From Alphaproteobacteria bacterium (lineage in GTDB: Bacteria > Pseudomonadota > Alphaproteobacteria > MPNO01 > UBA830), in contig OZ219791.1 in the NCBI GenBank assembly GCA_964291215.2, positions 896,001 to 960,000 on the forward strand: a stretch of 64,000 bases of DNA, written 5' to 3'. The position numbers and the translations under genes are program-made. Below, one piece after another: positions 55,518 through 64,000 of this stretch. Every line of letters begins with the position of its first letter. Within the stretch, counting starts at the first letter, position 1. The notes beneath the pieces are model-generated. The model searched no databases. It saw only the letters and a program-made list of their open reading frames with translations, and had not been told where the DNA came from.

Positions 55518-56963
55518 ATGGAGTGGTATCTCGCCCTCCTCCTCCTGCTCGGCACGGTGTGCGTGGCGATGTTTCTCGGCTTGCCGGTGGCCTTCGCCTT
55601 CTTCGGCGCCAACGTGCTCGGCACCTACCTGTTCCTGAACGGCGACATCGGCCTCGTGCTGATGCCGATGGAATTCCACAACGCAATCAAGTTCACCCTG
55701 GCTCCGATCCCGCTGTTCCTGCTGATGGGCGAGATCCTCCTGCAGACTGGGGTTGCCTTCAAGGCCATCAATGCCATCGACCGCATGATTGCACGCGTCC
55801 CGGGGCGACTGTCGGTGGTGTCGATCGTCGGCGGGACGGTCTTCTCCTCGCTGTCCGGGTCGACCATCGCCAACACTGCGATCCTCGGATCGGTGCTGCT
55901 TCCGGACATGGTGAAGCGCGGATACCGGCGGACCATTGCGATGGGCCCGATCATGGCCGTCGGCGGCATCGCCATGCTGATTCCACCGTCGGCCCTTGCG
56001 GTGCTGCTCGCGAGCCTCGCCGAGCAGTCGGTCGCGCAGCTTCTCATAGCGGGCATCGTGCCGGGCATACTCATGGCCGTCCTCTTCTTCGGCTACGTGA
56101 TGATGCGCTGCACGCTCAACCCGTCGCTGGCGCCGAGCTATGCGCCCGACGAGAGCGGGCTGGACGAGCCTGTCATCGTGGCCGTCAACGCCGGCGGGAA
56201 GACCCGCTGGAGCTGGACCTATGCCGGACGCTTGCGCCGGCCGCTCAACCGGCTGCTCCCGTTCTCCCTCTACATCTTGCCGCTGTTCATCATCTTCATC
56301 GTCGTGGTCGGCAGCATCTTCTTCAAGATCGCGGCGCCGACAGAAGCGGCCGCGCTGGGTTGCCTCGCGGCTCTCGGCGCCTGCTATTTCTTCCGGCTGT
56401 TCAGGAGCGTGATCACGATTACCGGCATCGAAGGGGCGGATTTCACTTGGCGAGAGATCGGCAAGGCGCTCCTGGAGACGGCCAAGATCAACACCATGAT
56501 CCTGTTCATCATCGCCGGTTCGCTGGTATTCAGCCAGGCATTGGCGAATTCGGGGGCCACCGACGGGCTTTTGCAGCAGATCAGCGCCTTGAATCTGACA
56601 CCGTTGACGGTCGTGATCGTGATGATGCTGGTGCTGCTCTTTCTCGGCGCCTTCATGGACCAGGTGAGCATGCTGCTCCTCACCCTTCCGTTCTTCCTTC
56701 TCGGTTCGCAATCGCTTCAGGCGGCGTTCAATATCGACGTCATCTGGCTCATGGTCCTGATGCTGATCACGATGGAGATCAGCCTGCTGACGCCGCCTTT
56801 CGGCCTGTTGCTCTATGTCATGAAGGGGGTCGCGCCGTTCAGCGTCTCGCTCGGACAGGTGGTGATCGCAGCGCTTCCGTTCATCACCATTGAACTGTTC
56901 GTGCTTGTGCTGCTCATCGTCGTGCCCGAACTCGCCGTCTGGCTCCCCCGGCAGCTGAACTGA
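55518..56963 (+). CDS. dctM: TRAP large permease
   Basis: PIPLFLLMGE, SGSTIA, LIPPS, LLTPPFG. Confidence 0.92.
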   Translation: MEWYLALLLLLGTVCVAMFLGLPVAFAFFGANVLGTYLFLNGDIGLVLMPMEFHNAIKFTLAPIPLFLLMGEILLQTGVAFKAINAIDRMIARVPGRLSVVSIVGGTVFSSLSGSTIANTAILGSVLLPDMVKRGYRRTIAMGPIMAVGGIAMLIPPSALAVLLASLAEQSVAQLLIAGIVPGILMAVLFFGYVMMRCTLNPSLAPSYAPDESGLDEPVIVAVNAGGKTRWSWTYAGRLRRPLNRLLPFSLYILPLFIIFIVVVGSIFFKIAAPTEAAALGCLAALGACYFFRLFRSVITITGIEGADFTWREIGKALLETAKINTMILFIIAGSLVFSQALANSGATDGLLQQISALNLTPLTVVIVMMLVLLFLGAFMDQVSMLLLTLPFFLLGSQSLQAAFNIDVIWLMVLMLITMEISLLTPPFGLLLYVMKGVAPFSVSLGQVVIAALPFITIELFVLVLLIVVPELAVWLPRQLN

Positions 56964-57167
56964 CAGTGCAGGTCGTTCGCAGGACCTGGCCGTCGGCAGG
57001 GCGGCTTCAGGCGCGGTGTAAGCCATCGAACGCTCCTTCCCGCATGCGCGCCGCTCATCCCGGTTGCCAAATTCGCGAGTCTCTCTATCCTGCCCACCCA
57101 GAGACGCTCAGGGGCTTGTCCGGGCCGTTGCGGCCGGCGTGCTGATCCGAATACCCCGGAGATCGAT

Positions 57168-58847
57168 GTGGCGGATATTCACACACTGGTCCGCGAAGCT
57201 AGGGCTTGGCCGTATGAGGAGGCGCGCCGGCTCGTCGACCGTCTCGGTGGCCATGCTCCCGGGAAGGGATACGTGCTGTTCCAGACCGGATACGGCCCGT
57301 CCGGGCTGCCGCATATCGGCACGTTCGGCGAAGTCGTGCGCACGACCATGGTCCGCCAGGCGTTCGAGGATATGGTGTCGGATATCCGGACGCGGCTGTT
57401 CGCGTTTTCGGACGACATGGACGGCATGCGCAGTGTTCCCGACAACATTCCAAATCCGGAAATGCTCGCCGAGAATATCGGCAAGCCCCTGACGAGCGTT
57501 CCCGACCCGTTCGGCACTCACGAGAGCTTCGGCCACCATAACAACGCCCTTCTCCGCGAATTTCTCGACAGGTTCGATTTCGACTACGAGTTCAGGAGCG
57601 CCACCGAGTGCTACCGGTCGGGAGAGTTCGACGAGGTGCTCTTGGCGGTGCTGCGCCATCACGAGGAGATCATTGCCGTGATTGCGCCGACGCTGGGCCA
57701 TGAACGACGCGAAACCTACAGTCCCTTCCTTCCCGTATGCCCCCGAACCGGACGGGTGCTTCTCGCCCGGGTCGCGTCCACCGATCCGGATGCGGGCACG
57801 ATCGTCTACGAGGACGAAGACGGCTCGAAGGTCGAGACCCCGGTGACCGGAGGCCGGTGCAAGCTTCAGTGGAAGGCGGACTGGGCCATGCGCTGGGTGG
57901 CGCTGTCGGTGGACTACGAAATGTCGGGAAAGGACCTGATCGATTCCGTCCGCCTGTCGGGCCGCATCTGCAGGATCCTCGGCGGCACGCCGCCGGCCGG
58001 CTTTACCTACGAGCTGTTCCTTGACGAGAACGGCGAGAAGATCTCGAAGTCGCGCGGCAACGGGCTGACGGTGGATGAGTGGCTGGACTACGCGCCGGCC
58101 TCCAGCCTCGGCCTGTTCATGTACACCTCGCCGCGCAAGGCCAAGCGGTTGTATTTCGATGTCATCCCGCGCCATGTCGACGACTGGTCGAAGCATCTCG
58201 AGAACTTCGCGGACCAGGACTGGGCCGGCCGGATCGAGAACCCGTACTGGCATCTTCGTGATGTCCTGCCGCGCGCCGCCGGCAGTGCGGAGGGAAAAGC
58301 CGCAGGCCCTTCGAGGCGGGAGATCCTGGGCGGCGCCGACCTCGATGTCGGCGGCGAGACGGAACGTGGGCGGAGCCCTGTCGGGTTCGGGCTGCTGCTC
58401 AACCTTGCTGCTGTCTGCAATACCGAGGACTCCGCTGTGCTGTGGGGCTTCGTCAGTCGCTACGCGCCGGGAACGGGTCCCGAAGGCGATCCCAATCTCG
58501 ATGCGATGATCGGCCATGCCATCGCCTATTACCGCGATTTCGTGAAGCCGAAGAAGAACTACCGTCTGCCCGATGACGCGGAGCGCGAGGCTCTGGCGGC
58601 GCTACTCGACCGTCTTGAGCGCCTGCCCGCCGACGCTGGACCGGAAAGCATCCAGAGCGAGATCTACGAGATCGGCAAGGCATCCGGTTACGAGAACCTG
58701 CGCGAATGGTTTGCGATGCTCTATGAAGTGCTGCTGGGCCAGAGCCAGGGGCCGCGCTTCGGATCGTTCGTGGCCCTTTACGGCATTGCCGAAATGGCGG
58801 CGCTGATTCGGCGCGTATGCGACGGAGAGTTGATAGCGGCTGAATGA
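57168..58847 (+). CDS. lysS: Lysine--tRNA ligase, class I
   Basis: TGYGPSGLPHIGTF, KLQWKADW, KISKSRGN, GPRFGSF. Confidence 0.95.
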   Translation: MADIHTLVREARAWPYEEARRLVDRLGGHAPGKGYVLFQTGYGPSGLPHIGTFGEVVRTTMVRQAFEDMVSDIRTRLFAFSDDMDGMRSVPDNIPNPEMLAENIGKPLTSVPDPFGTHESFGHHNNALLREFLDRFDFDYEFRSATECYRSGEFDEVLLAVLRHHEEIIAVIAPTLGHERRETYSPFLPVCPRTGRVLLARVASTDPDAGTIVYEDEDGSKVETPVTGGRCKLQWKADWAMRWVALSVDYEMSGKDLIDSVRLSGRICRILGGTPPAGFTYELFLDENGEKISKSRGNGLTVDEWLDYAPASSLGLFMYTSPRKAKRLYFDVIPRHVDDWSKHLENFADQDWAGRIENPYWHLRDVLPRAAGSAEGKAAGPSRREILGGADLDVGGETERGRSPVGFGLLLNLAAVCNTEDSAVLWGFVSRYAPGTGPEGDPNLDAMIGHAIAYYRDFVKPKKNYRLPDDAEREALAALLDRLERLPADAGPESIQSEIYEIGKASGYENLREWFAMLYEVLLGQSQGPRFGSFVALYGIAEMAALIRRVCDGELIAAE

Positions 58848-58868
58848 CCGGTTGCGGCCGTCGCGCAT

Positions 58869-59273
58869 TCAGTTGAGCGGCCCGGGCGCCTCCTCGTGCG
58901 AGATTTCGGGCTGCGCGGCGGTTGGCCCGGACTGGTGGTGGACCATCTTCCACAGGCGATCCTCGCGGACGAAGATGTTGGTCGCAACGAGGAACCGCTT
59001 GTCGATTTCCTCGAAGCACACAACGCTCGCGGTCTCGCCGTAGAGGCGGGCTTGCGCCATGTGGCATGCGATCGTCGGCGAATCGGGATGGCTGATGATC
59101 GATTTCCAGGTCTGCATGACCTGCGTTCTGCCGAAGACCGGGCCCCATCCGGGGTGCAGGCAGGTAACCGGCGCCGTCTTCGACCAAAGATCGTCCATGG
59201 CGGCGAAGTCCCGGTCCACGAAGGCGCGGTAAAAGACCTCGTTTGCGAACAGGACAGCGTAGGTATCGGACAT
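58869..59273 (-). CDS. NTF2/SnoaL-like protein
   Basis: ANEVFYRAF...CLHPGW...ATNIF...WKMVHHQS. Confidence 0.85.
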   Translation of the reverse strand: MSDTYAVLFANEVFYRAFVDRDFAAMDDLWSKTAPVTCLHPGWGPVFGRTQVMQTWKSIISHPDSPTIACHMAQARLYGETASVVCFEEIDKRFLVATNIFVREDRLWKMVHHQSGPTAAQPEISHEEAPGPLN

Positions 59274-59332
59274 AGCCGTATGGCGCTCGCTTGGTGTCGG
59301 ACATCGCAGTATGGCGTCTTGTGCGGAGCTTG

Positions 59333-61258
59333 TCAGCCCGTGACCGCGCGTCTGCGGTTGGCGAGAACGAGGGCGGCGGTAGCGGCGGCGCCGACGAGGT
59401 TCAGCAAGACGGCGCCTTCGAAGAGAGTCCCCGGGACCAGGAGCGCGGCGCCCGCAGCGATAAAGAGGATACGCATCGGCACGCCGGTCGAGCAGAAGAG
59501 CCAGCCTGCAAGCCCCACCGATACCGCCCACACGCCGGCGACCGTGGCGGCCGTGCTCCCGAGAATCTGTCCGGTCGTTCCGATCATCAGGAGCACCGGC
59601 GAGATGACGAACAGGAAGGGGATGAGATAGGCGGACCATCCGAACATCACCGCGGCATAGCCCGTCCTCATCGGTTCGGAGCCAGCGACCGTGGCGGCGG
59701 CAAAGGCGGCTATCGCGACCGGCGGCGTGATCATCGACAGCATCCCGAAATAGAGCGCGAACATGTGCGCCGCTATCGGCTCCACCCCGACCTCGACCAG
59801 CGATGGCGCGACCAGCGTTGCGAGCAGGAGATAGACGCCAAGGGTCGGCATGCCCATGCCGAGGATGATAGAGACCAGGGCCGCCATCACGAGCAGCAGG
59901 AAGAGGCTGCCGGCCGCCATCTCGATGAGCGCCTGGGTCAGCGCGAAGCCGAGCCCGGTAATGTTGAGCACTCCGATGACGACACCAGCCATCGCGCCGA
60001 TCATGACGATCTGGGTGACGGCAATCCCGGTGGTGGACAGCGACCGGATCACGCGTCCCGGCGCCATGCGCTCTCCCCGGTATCCGGGGAACGTCCCGAC
60101 GACGACGACCGCGAAAGCTGCCGCCAGTGCGGAAGTGTCGGGTCGCAGGTTGAGATTGAACAGGGCCACAATCAGGACGGCGAAGGGAATGAGGAACACC
60201 CAGCCCGCGCGGAATACATCCCGGCGCGCCGGAATCAGCTCGTCAGCGATGCGCGCGATCCCGTTGCGCGCGGCATAGAGATCAGCCTGGATGAAGAGCG
60301 TTATGTAATAGAGGAGCGCCGGGATGATCGCCGCGATGACTACCTCGCCGTAGGGAATCTGCAGAAACTCCGCCATCACGAACGCGGCGGCGCCCATGAT
60401 CGGTGGCATCAGCTGACCGCCGGTGGAAGCCACGGCCTCGATGGCGCCCGCGGCATGCGCCGAATAGCCGCCTTCCTTCATCATCGGGATGGTGATCACG
60501 CCCGTGGAGACGACGTTCGAGACCGCGCTGCCGGAAATCGAGCCGAAGAGGCTCGAGGCGGTGATGGCGATCTTCGACGAGCCGCCGCGGTAGCGACCCA
60601 TCAGCGAGACCGAGATGTCGGTGAAGAACCGGGAGCCTCCCGATGCCTGAAGGAGATGACCGAAGAACACGAAGGCGATGACGATGGTCGTTGAGACCAC
60701 CATCGGGATGCCGACGAGGCCGTTCGGATCGAGGGCGATGTACAGGAACATGCGCTCGACATCGACGTTCCGGCCCTCGAACTGCCCGGGAACCAGATGG
60801 CCGAACAGCCCGAACAGGATGAAGAAGAGCATGAAGAAGAACAGCACCTTGCCGGCGGTCCGGCGTAGTCCCTCCGCGACCAGCGCAATGATGACGACCG
60901 CGGAGGCCACGGCTTCCGGCAGGCGGGCATGCAGGCTGTCAAAGATCACCGCGTACTGCCAGGTCACATAGGTGCAGACGGCCACCGAGGCGCCGATTGC
61001 GAGCCAGTCGTGCCAGGGGATCCGGTCGCGGGGGGCTCCGGGAACGGCAGGAAAGACAGCGAAGACGAGCACCAGCGCGATTCCGAGCATGCCGACCAGG
61101 CGCTGCTCGATGAACGTCGCCATGCCGGCGAGCTGGTAGAGGTCGAGCGCTTCGGCGACCGATCCCAGCGTCAGGGCCGCGCCGAGGACGGATCCGATGA
61201 TCCGTGCAAGCTTTGAAGACGGGGGATCCGTTCTCGGTTCCCGGCCCTTACTGTCCAT
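59333..61258 (-). CDS. TAXI-TRAP fused permease (4TM/12TM)
   Basis: GSISGSAVSNV, ASTGGQLMPPIMGAAAF, ITPPVA. Confidence 0.92.
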   Translation of the reverse strand: MDSKGREPRTDPPSSKLARIIGSVLGAALTLGSVAEALDLYQLAGMATFIEQRLVGMLGIALVLVFAVFPAVPGAPRDRIPWHDWLAIGASVAVCTYVTWQYAVIFDSLHARLPEAVASAVVIIALVAEGLRRTAGKVLFFFMLFFILFGLFGHLVPGQFEGRNVDVERMFLYIALDPNGLVGIPMVVSTTIVIAFVFFGHLLQASGGSRFFTDISVSLMGRYRGGSSKIAITASSLFGSISGSAVSNVVSTGVITIPMMKEGGYSAHAAGAIEAVASTGGQLMPPIMGAAAFVMAEFLQIPYGEVVIAAIIPALLYYITLFIQADLYAARNGIARIADELIPARRDVFRAGWVFLIPFAVLIVALFNLNLRPDTSALAAAFAVVVVGTFPGYRGERMAPGRVIRSLSTTGIAVTQIVMIGAMAGVVIGVLNITGLGFALTQALIEMAAGSLFLLLVMAALVSIILGMGMPTLGVYLLLATLVAPSLVEVGVEPIAAHMFALYFGMLSMITPPVAIAAFAAATVAGSEPMRTGYAAVMFGWSAYLIPFLFVISPVLLMIGTTGQILGSTAATVAGVWAVSVGLAGWLFCSTGVPMRILFIAAGAALLVPGTLFEGAVLLNLVGAAATAALVLANRRRAVTG

Positions 61259-61294
61259 CCCGGGAAGTCCCGCCCCCCCTGAACGGAACCGGTG

Positions 61295-62242
61295 CTACCT
61301 TCCCATTTCCGTGTAGAAGCGCTTCGCCCCGGGGTGGTAGGCGATGCCGACATCGAGGTGCAGCTTGCTCTGCCGCATGCCCGTGAAGGCCTTGTGGGAG
61401 GCGACCAGCTTCTTCTTGTTCCCGTGGATTGCCTTGGCAACCTTGTAGACGACATCGTCGGGGGTCTTGCTCGATGCCATCAGCAGGAACGGGGCCTCGA
61501 AAATGTTCGTCGGTTCCGATATGCCGGGATGGGCCGGGCTCGGCCCGATAGTTGCGATATAGGAGCCCGGCGCGATCTTCTGCATCGCCTTTTCGGATTC
61601 CGGCGTCTTGGGCAGCGACAGCACGCGGATACCGCCGACCTTGGCGTGGGCCTGCGCTGTCTTGCCAGACGTCAGCGAGAAGGTGACGGCATCGATCTTG
61701 CCGGCCATGAAGTCATCGACCTGGCGCACGCCGTTCGGCACCGGCACGCCGACGACATCCTTGTGCGTCAGACCTGCGGTTGCGAGCTTGGCCGCTCCGG
61801 TGAGAAGGACGACGCGCTGCTTGGGGTAGCCGCTGCCGAGACGTTTGTTCTTCAGATCGGCGATAGCCCGGATCGGGGAGTCCTTGCGCACAAAGAAGCC
61901 GAGCTGCAGCGGAAACAGCGCCGCCACGACGCGCACGTTCGGCTGCTTGCCCGGTTTCGTGAACATGGCCCTGCCCTGGGTGGCGAAGGCCGCGGGAATG
62001 CTGAGTGAAATCGAGAAGTCGAGTTCGCCCGTATTGACCAAAGGCAGCGTAACGATCGGACCACCCTGCGGAATGACGCGAACCTTGAGGTCGCTGGTCT
62101 CGGTCGCGACCTTCGCGATGCCTGCGGCTGTCGAATAGGCGAGCGAGCCCTGCGGATTGCTGCCGATACCGAATGTGCGCGCGGAAGCTGCATTGGCGGC
62201 CAGCGAAACCGCGAGTACGGCTGTAAGAACAAAATGCTTCAT
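61295..62242 (-). CDS. TAXI-family TRAP substrate-binding protein
   Basis: Signal peptide, GSNPQGSLAY, HPGAKRFY C-terminus. Confidence 0.9.
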   Translation of the reverse strand: MKHFVLTAVLAVSLAANAASARTFGIGSNPQGSLAYSTAAGIAKVATETSDLKVRVIPQGGPIVTLPLVNTGELDFSISLSIPAAFATQGRAMFTKPGKQPNVRVVAALFPLQLGFFVRKDSPIRAIADLKNKRLGSGYPKQRVVLLTGAAKLATAGLTHKDVVGVPVPNGVRQVDDFMAGKIDAVTFSLTSGKTAQAHAKVGGIRVLSLPKTPESEKAMQKIAPGSYIATIGPSPAHPGISEPTNIFEAPFLLMASSKTPDDVVYKVAKAIHGNKKKLVASHKAFTGMRQSKLHLDVGIAYHPGAKRFYTEMGR

Positions 62243-62335
62243 CGTCTTCTCCTCGTGGGGCGGGGCGGCGTCATGCCGGCCACGATCCACCGGCACTGCC
62301 GGCGGCAGCCGCTCAGGCTGACGGACAGTCCGATG

Positions 62336-63229
62336 TCAGATATCGATCCGAAGCAGATCATACGCCAGTTGAAGGGGACCGTCATATGCCTTGCGGATAT
62401 CGCGCACGACATCGTTCATCAGCCCGGGCCCCATGAGCTCGACCGGAAAATGGTGCCTGGCGGCGCGGCGTATCACTTCGTTCGTCGATTCGAAATGGCC
62501 GAAGTGGGTTGCGACAAGGGACTTGACGCCGGCATCGCGGGCTATCCTGCCGAGGTCCTCCGGCGAGGTATGGGCGAAGGTCCCGACGCCGGTCCGGCGC
62601 CGGTGTTCGATGAAAGATTCGGGAAACGTGCATTCGTGGATTAGGAGATCGGCGTCGCGGGCAAGCCTGACCATGCTGTCGCACGGCGAAGTGTCTCCGG
62701 AAAAGGCTATGGCCCTGTCCTCGGCCTCGAACCGGATGCCGAAGCATTCGGCGATGTCGCGGGGAATATGCTCGACATGGTCGCAACGGATCGTCACGTC
62801 GCCGTCCTCGTAGGCCAGGCCAGGACTGACCTCGCGCACGTCGGGCCGCACGGCGTCGAGATTGCCCTGACGCAACGGATAGGCGCTTCGCGCTCGGAAA
62901 TCGGCGTCGAAGGCGCCGTTCTCGAACAGATGCTGGCAGAAGGCCGCCGTACCCTTCGGGCCGAGAACCACGGGGGCGGCGGGCCGGTCCCACATCCATC
63001 CGGTGATCGTGAACAGCGGAAAGTCGCATATGTGGTCGTGGTGCAGATGGGTCAGGAAGACGACCCGAACATCGGCGGGGCTGGCATTGGCCGCGACCAT
63101 GTTCCGCACCGTTCCGGCCCCACAATCGAACAGGTAGCGCCCGCCATTGTCCAGCGTCACGAGAATGCCGGACTGCGCCCGGTCGGGGTCGGCGAAGGCT
63201 GCGCCCGTGCCCAGCATGGTGACATACAT
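62336..63229 (-). CDS. MBL-fold metallo-hydrolase (RNase Z/arylsulfatase-like)
   Basis: LGTG, FDCG, THLHHDH, SGDT, HECT, HTS motifs. Confidence 0.88.
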   Translation of the reverse strand: MYVTMLGTGAAFADPDRAQSGILVTLDNGGRYLFDCGAGTVRNMVAANASPADVRVVFLTHLHHDHICDFPLFTITGWMWDRPAAPVVLGPKGTAAFCQHLFENGAFDADFRARSAYPLRQGNLDAVRPDVREVSPGLAYEDGDVTIRCDHVEHIPRDIAECFGIRFEAEDRAIAFSGDTSPCDSMVRLARDADLLIHECTFPESFIEHRRRTGVGTFAHTSPEDLGRIARDAGVKSLVATHFGHFESTNEVIRRAARHHFPVELMGPGLMNDVVRDIRKAYDGPLQLAYDLLRIDI

Positions 63230-63428
63230 ATTCAAATCCTCGTTTGCGTGACGGCAATTCAGGTGCGGGAGATAACTCCGATCCGGGGTGTTTCCGGCGG
63301 TTATCAGCGAACCCGTCCGAGAATGTGGTATGGAAGAACAGGACGCGATAACTGGCCCATGCCGGTTCGGACCCAAGTGTTCCGTCCCCCCGACGGCCCG
63401 GAAATCCCGGGGAGGGGTCAGGCAGGAA

Positions 63429-63503
63429 TGGTGGGCGCGGCTGGGATTGAACCAGCGACCCCTACGATGTCAACGTAGTGCTCTCCCGCTGAGCTACGCG
63501 CCC
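63429..63503 (-). tRNA. tRNA-Val(GAC)
   Basis: GGGCGCGTAGCTCAGCGGGAGAGCACTACGTTGACATCGTAGGGGTCGCTGGTTCAATCCCAGCCGCGCCCACCA: cloverleaf, GAC anticodon, encoded CCA. Confidence 0.97.
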
Positions 63504-63520
63504 TTAAACCACCTGAGGCA

Positions 63521-63549
63521 AATCTAAAGTCCTGCCACGGCGAGTGCAA
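63521..63549 (-). promoter_or_regulatory. Putative sigma70 promoter of tRNA-Val
   Basis: TTGCAC-N17-TAGATT on the minus strand. Confidence 0.6.
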
Positions 63550-63761
63550 GAGTTCGTCTTCGGACCGCACCGTGATCCCACGCTGCTAATCCAGCGACGA
63601 CTGACGAGACTGTTTTCAGTTTGCGGCGCGCTGCAATCGTGCCGCCAAGGCTCAATGGGGCCTTGTCGGCACGAAAATTGCGATCAAGGGGGCGATCTGT
63701 GATGACGCGAGCCCCAACGCATCCGGATTTCGCGTCTCCGAATTAGCATGGGATCATCGTG

Positions 63762-63826
63762 CTCCACGAAAACTCGTTCGTTGCTCTACCCCGACATCAA
63801 GCCGAAACTAGGGGGTGAGCAGTTAC
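63762..63826. repeat. Second copy of the 65-bp IS66-type end
   Basis: Matches 21812-21876; ends GGGGGTGAGCAGTTAC. Confidence 0.85.
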
Positions 63827-64000
63827 TAGTGATCTGCGAAATGCCCAAGCCTGCCTCCGCTCTGGTCGCGGCAGGCGTATTGGCAAGAGATCTGGTGATA
63901 TTGTCCGGTGATCCGGTCAAGGCGGATGCTTTTGCACCGCTTGTCGCTGCCTTTCGCCAGCATGCCGGCGAGACTGTTCGCGCGCCGGCGGAGGTCCTTG

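Noticed and set aside
63429-63503. tRNA-Val as the att site of the island
   Set aside because: No duplicated tRNA 3' end or intact integrase was found, and core-like genes lie between it and the island.

Overview
GC-rich alphaproteobacterial chromosome segment, Rhodospirillales-like; an animal or sponge symbiont is plausible by inference from the FN3/RTX surface proteins and the IS load. 1-12.9 kb is a conserved core block: DUF2064, GT2, PA0069-type radical SAM, rnhB, ccrM, mutY, DUF721/DciA, DsbA-like, smc and the F0 ATP synthase genes atpIBEGF. About 12.95-42.3 kb is an accessory island. It holds two inverted paralogous FN3-autotransporter genes and two RTX Ca-binding proteins. Two long C homopolymers look like phase-variation switches: one fills a 17-bp -35/-10 spacer and one frameshifts a leader peptide. 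The island also has a group II twintron (ORF-less intron inside an RT-encoding intron) and many decayed IS elements (IS1634, IS66, IS5, ISAs1, IS110, IS4/Tn5-like), several carrying a DUF4338/DruA-like domain. 42.4-48 kb is a CoA-dependent catabolic operon. It is separated from a divergent TRAP transporter by a three-level IS66>IS1634>IS110 nest whose TIRs and TSDs are still readable. The window ends with class I lysS, a TAXI-TRAP transporter, an MBL hydrolase and tRNA-Val(GAC). Multi-copy elements are riddled with small deletions while single-copy genes are intact, which may be biology or an assembly artefact. All family assignments come from motif recognition by eye, not database searches.
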